From contig JBBIRR010000045.1 of NCBI GenBank assembly GCA_037441705.1, forward strand, positions 1 through 29,102: 29,102 bases of DNA. Direction: 5' to 3'. Made by a program: the position numbers and the translations under genes. Below the pieces are notes generated by a model, which was not told where the DNA came from, ran no database searches, and was given only the letters and a program-made list of their open reading frames with translations. Shown here piece by piece: positions 26,166 through 29,102 of this stretch. Every line of letters starts with the position of its first letter. Positions within the stretch are counted from its first letter, which is position 1. This DNA is from Ignavibacteriales bacterium. GTDB taxonomy: Bacteria; Bacteroidota; Ignavibacteria; UBA10030; UBA6906.

Positions 26166-27866
26166 ATGATCACACCAAAGACCTCGATGATCCATTGGAG
26201 ATGGTGGGGAACGGCCACTGCGTTGATTGCCGTGCTCATGTCGTCGGCACACGCGCAGGTTCCCGGATTGCCCGGCACACGCACCGTTGCTTTTTCCGGA
26301 GAGATGGGAACGTACGGCGAATGGTACAGCATCCGGGGACAGAACAAGCGGCGACCTTCGTCAACAGGCAGATTGTTCCTGCGTCCAACCCTGACGCTGT
26401 TCGACGCGCTTTCGCTGAACTTCGACTTTCTCCTTTCGACCGAAGGGAGCGGCGCGCGCCAGAACATCAACCAATTTGGATTGCATCCCACGTGGTCCTG
26501 GGGCAAAGCGCATCTCGGCGATTTCTCCGACTCGTATTCCGACTACACTTTCAATGGCATTCTTGTGCGCGGCGGGGCTGTGAGTATCAATCCGGGACTG
26601 TTGCGATTTTCCGCTCTTGGGGGATTTACAAAGCGAGCGGTGCCGGGCGGCGCAAGTGACGGAGCATTCGATCGGTATCTCTACGGCGGGAAGCTCGGCA
26701 TCGGCACGGAAGCAGGCGGGTACGTTGATCTCATGTTCCTTCGCGTGCGTGACGAGATCTCTTCACTGCCACCGCTTTCTTCAGGACAGATGCCGATTGA
26801 TACACTCAATCCGTCCGCCAATCCGCTGCGCGGCTACGAAGTGACGCCGCAAGAGAACCTGATCGGCGGCATTCTGAGCAACCTCAAGTTCTTCGACAAC
26901 CGCCTTCAGTGGAAGACCGAAGCGTCGGTCAGCCTGTTTACACGCGATATGCGTGTTGCGTCCGATACGACGATAAAACTGCCGGGTTTTGTGAAGGATC
27001 TGTATCGAGCAAACATCACTTCGAATGTAGATGTGGCGGTCACTTCGGAAGTTCAGGTCGAGATTGACAATGTCTCGGTGCGAGGCGGGTACAAATGGAT
27101 CGGTCCGGGCTACAATTCGCTCGGCGTTGCGTCGCTGTTCAATGACCAGCAGGAGTTTCTCCTCGCTCCCTCATTTCGCATTGCGGATTGGTCGGTATCG
27201 TTGACGTACACACGGCAGAACGACAACCTTCTGGACCAAAAGACCTTTACTCTGGTGCGTAACCTCTACGGCGCGAATGTTACGTTCCGGCCTGCATCCA
27301 TCTGGACGTCGAATGTCCTTGCCAACTACGTCGTGATGAGTAACGATGCAACGAACGACACCATGCGCGTTGCCTTCAGCAATCTCATCTTGGGCACGAA
27401 CCAGATCTTCACGCTGCCGCCGGGAAGCGCGGTGCAGGCGGTGACGTTCAGCTATATCTTCCAACACTCCGGCGACGATGTGCCGTTGCGTTCAGGCTCG
27501 CGCTCGACCGGCCATTCGGCAACGCTGGGGGCGGCGATTCCGGTCGGCACGTCGCTCACGCTCTCGCCATCCATATCCGTTGTGACCTACAAGGTCGGTT
27601 CGTTCGGTAGCCAGACCACGCAGACCTACAGCCTTGCGGCGTCCTACCGCGCTCTCGAGAACAAACTCACCACAACGCTCTCCTCTGCGGCATCGTTCAT
27701 CCGCTCAAGCACCACCCTCCGCAACAGCCTTGCGTCCGCGTATCAAATCGCTCCGATGACGAGCATCGGGATAAGTGTGGGGATGACGACATTTCGCGGC
27801 GGCACGTTCCCTTCGCGCAACTTCGACGAGTTGATCGGCACGCTGAATGTGACGCAGAGGTTTTAG
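26166..27866 (+). CDS. Putative outer-membrane beta-barrel protein
   Basis: Signal peptide SAHA|QV; amphipathic beta strands throughout; GYKWIGPGYNSLG; BAM-type C-terminus TLNVTQRF*. Start 26166 or 26187. Confidence 0.75.
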   Translation: MITPKTSMIHWRWWGTATALIAVLMSSAHAQVPGLPGTRTVAFSGEMGTYGEWYSIRGQNKRRPSSTGRLFLRPTLTLFDALSLNFDFLLSTEGSGARQNINQFGLHPTWSWGKAHLGDFSDSYSDYTFNGILVRGGAVSINPGLLRFSALGGFTKRAVPGGASDGAFDRYLYGGKLGIGTEAGGYVDLMFLRVRDEISSLPPLSSGQMPIDTLNPSANPLRGYEVTPQENLIGGILSNLKFFDNRLQWKTEASVSLFTRDMRVASDTTIKLPGFVKDLYRANITSNVDVAVTSEVQVEIDNVSVRGGYKWIGPGYNSLGVASLFNDQQEFLLAPSFRIADWSVSLTYTRQNDNLLDQKTFTLVRNLYGANVTFRPASIWTSNVLANYVVMSNDATNDTMRVAFSNLILGTNQIFTLPPGSAVQAVTFSYIFQHSGDDVPLRSGSRSTGHSATLGAAIPVGTSLTLSPSISVVTYKVGSFGSQTTQTYSLAASYRALENKLTTTLSSAASFIRSSTTLRNSLASAYQIAPMTSIGISVGMTTFRGGTFPSRNFDELIGTLNVTQRF

Positions 27867-27986
27867 GCGGTGGGGTTGAGGTTCAGAGGCAGGATTCACG
27901 ATTCAGGATTTGGGATCACAGCGCTTCCCTTCGTCATGCTGAGCGTTGCTTTCCAAACGCGAAGCATCCAGAACCCGAGAACCTGC

Positions 27987-28095
27987 TGTAGGGACATGCC
28001 TCCGGCATGTCGCCGTGGGCGTGCAGACACCGCGCAGCATCAAGGCAAGCATTCAGCATTCCTCACATCAGACACGGCGGAGCCGCGTCCCTACA
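27987..28095. repeat. Inverted GTAG-type REP doublet (REPIN-like)
   Basis: TGTAGGGACATGCCTCCGGCATGTC (27987-28011) vs reverse complement of 28071-28095, TGTAGGGACGCGGCTCCGCCGTGTC; 20/25 identical. Confidence 0.75.
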
Positions 28096-28249
28096 CCTGC
28101 CTGCTGGCACGTCACACCTTTCGACTCCGTCCCACCTAAAAACGGTGGGACTGCGCTCAGGGTGACACCAGCGTTCGGGCGTCACGGCTTATGCACACAA
28201 CCCTGTGCCGTAACGGGAGGGGGGAACGTGAGCGTGCAAAGGCGCGGGT

Positions 28250-28340
28250 CGGTTCGGGTTCGGGGTTTGAGATTTGAGGTTCGAGGTTCAGGGTTCAGGA
28301 TGCACGGGATGCAGGATGCAAGATGCAGGATTCAGGTTGA
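28250..28340 (+). repeat. Degenerate 7-bp tandem repeat tract
   Basis: GTTCGGG GTTTGAG ATTTGAG GTTCGAG GTTCAGG GTTCAGG ... GGATGCA GGATGCA AGATGCA GGATTCA. Confidence 0.8.
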
Positions 28341-28759
28341 TTCTCGTTCTGGATTCTTCGCCTCTGAGAAGCGAGGCTCAGAATGACGGAGGGATCGGCC
28401 GTCGCGGCTTACGCGCCATACGCACAGCGCCGTGACGGAAGGGCGGGGTTTAGACGACTCCGTCATGCTGAGCGCTGCTGTCCAAGCGCGGTTTGAGGTT
28501 TGGGGTTTGAGGTTCAAGGTTGAGGTCGCGTAGCGGGTGCGGTTCTTCGACCGGGATGCATCCAGCACAGGGAAGCAAAAGGGCAACTGCACCACCGAAC
28601 GCCCCTCGGGCTTTGCCTTCAATGCCCACACCCCTCGGACAGCCTGTGGCGTTGGCGGTCTTATGCCCGGCATGCAACGTGTTGATGTGACGACAACCCC
28701 TTGCGTTTTTGAATCGAACGTGGTAGCTTGCCGCAGAGCACCAAGAGAGAAATAAACGC

Positions 28760-28798
28760 ATTGCGTCTATCATGCCGTTTTGGGATAATAGACGCAAT
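28760..28798. promoter_or_regulatory. Perfect 11-bp inverted repeat with promoter-like geometry on both strands
   Basis: ATTGCGTCTAT-17 nt-ATAGACGCAAT; + strand TTGCGT-17-GATAAT, - strand TTGCGT-17-CATGAT. Confidence 0.4.
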
Positions 28799-28872
28799 AG
28801 GCGTTGCGTAGTTACGGGAGTTAACTGCAACCGTGCAAAACCGACAGCACAACCATTGACGAGAGTTTCATT

Positions 28873-28982
28873 AGACACTGAATGACTGTCCCCTTCGTCC
28901 TTTTTCGGCAGACTTGGACGTAGGTTTTCAGTGTTGCGCTTTTTATTTCAGTTCGGTTTCGGGGGACAGTAATTCAGTGTCT
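28873..28982. repeat. 110-bp element bounded by 20-bp inverted repeats (MITE- or REP-like)
   Basis: AGACACTGAATGACTGTCCC (28873-28892) and GGGACAGTAATTCAGTGTCT (28963-28982) are 19/20 complementary. Confidence 0.65.
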
Positions 28983-29102
28983 TACGGACTTGGTTAACGA
29001 CAGGACAATCAATTTCGCACGACTACATTTAACGCTTCGGGCAGACAACTCGACAAATTCCCGGGACGACTTTTTCCGTTTTCCATTTTTGGTTTTTAGC
29101 AA

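Larger units (their letters stand above)
27871..28525. repeat. BIME-like mosaic of REP-type palindromes and heptamer tracts
   Basis: GTCATGCTGAGCG at 27933 and 28462 with inverted relatives at 28154-28166 and 28376-28391; GTAG-REP doublet; two GTCRCGGCTTA..GCCGTRACGG hairpins; 7-mer tracts. Confidence 0.75.

Noticed and set aside
19602-27866. Polymorphic toxin or T9SS cargo interpretation
   Set aside because: No C-terminal toxin motif, no small immunity gene and no T9SS CTD were recognised.
27870-28878. ORFs across the repeat region, and a possible CRISPR array
   Set aside because: The translations merely reflect the 7-mer and REP repeats; repeats are inverted and irregular with no constant spacer length, and no cas genes are present.

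Overview
A ~59% GC bacterial chromosomal segment, most likely from the FCB group (Bacteroidota/Ignavibacteria-like; inferred from gene content, Gln-initiated mature secreted proteins and promoter style). From left to right: a minus-strand operon mutT-mutY-ogg2-saccharopine dehydrogenase-like; a divergent nrfH-nrfA (DNRA) pair whose NrfA has CXXCH at the catalytic heme; rimO, a GWxTD protein, an Omp85/POTRA protein and rnhB; a low-GC DUF5615/DUF433 toxin-antitoxin-like insert; yraN, cstA and a patatin; a secreted Asp-box lipoprotein with a tandem-repeat partner; a PuuD-like membrane protein, a cupin and an MFS transporter. An 8.3 kb three-gene operon under its own promoter follows, encoding a 1483-aa TANFOR-like beta-rich secreted protein, a 702-aa FN3-repeat protein and an outer-membrane beta-barrel. 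This is the best candidate for an undescribed surface or export system. The window ends in a 1.2 kb non-coding mosaic of REP-like palindromes, heptamer tracts and inverted repeats. No rRNA, tRNA, CRISPR array or transposase was seen. Family calls come from motif recognition, not database searches.
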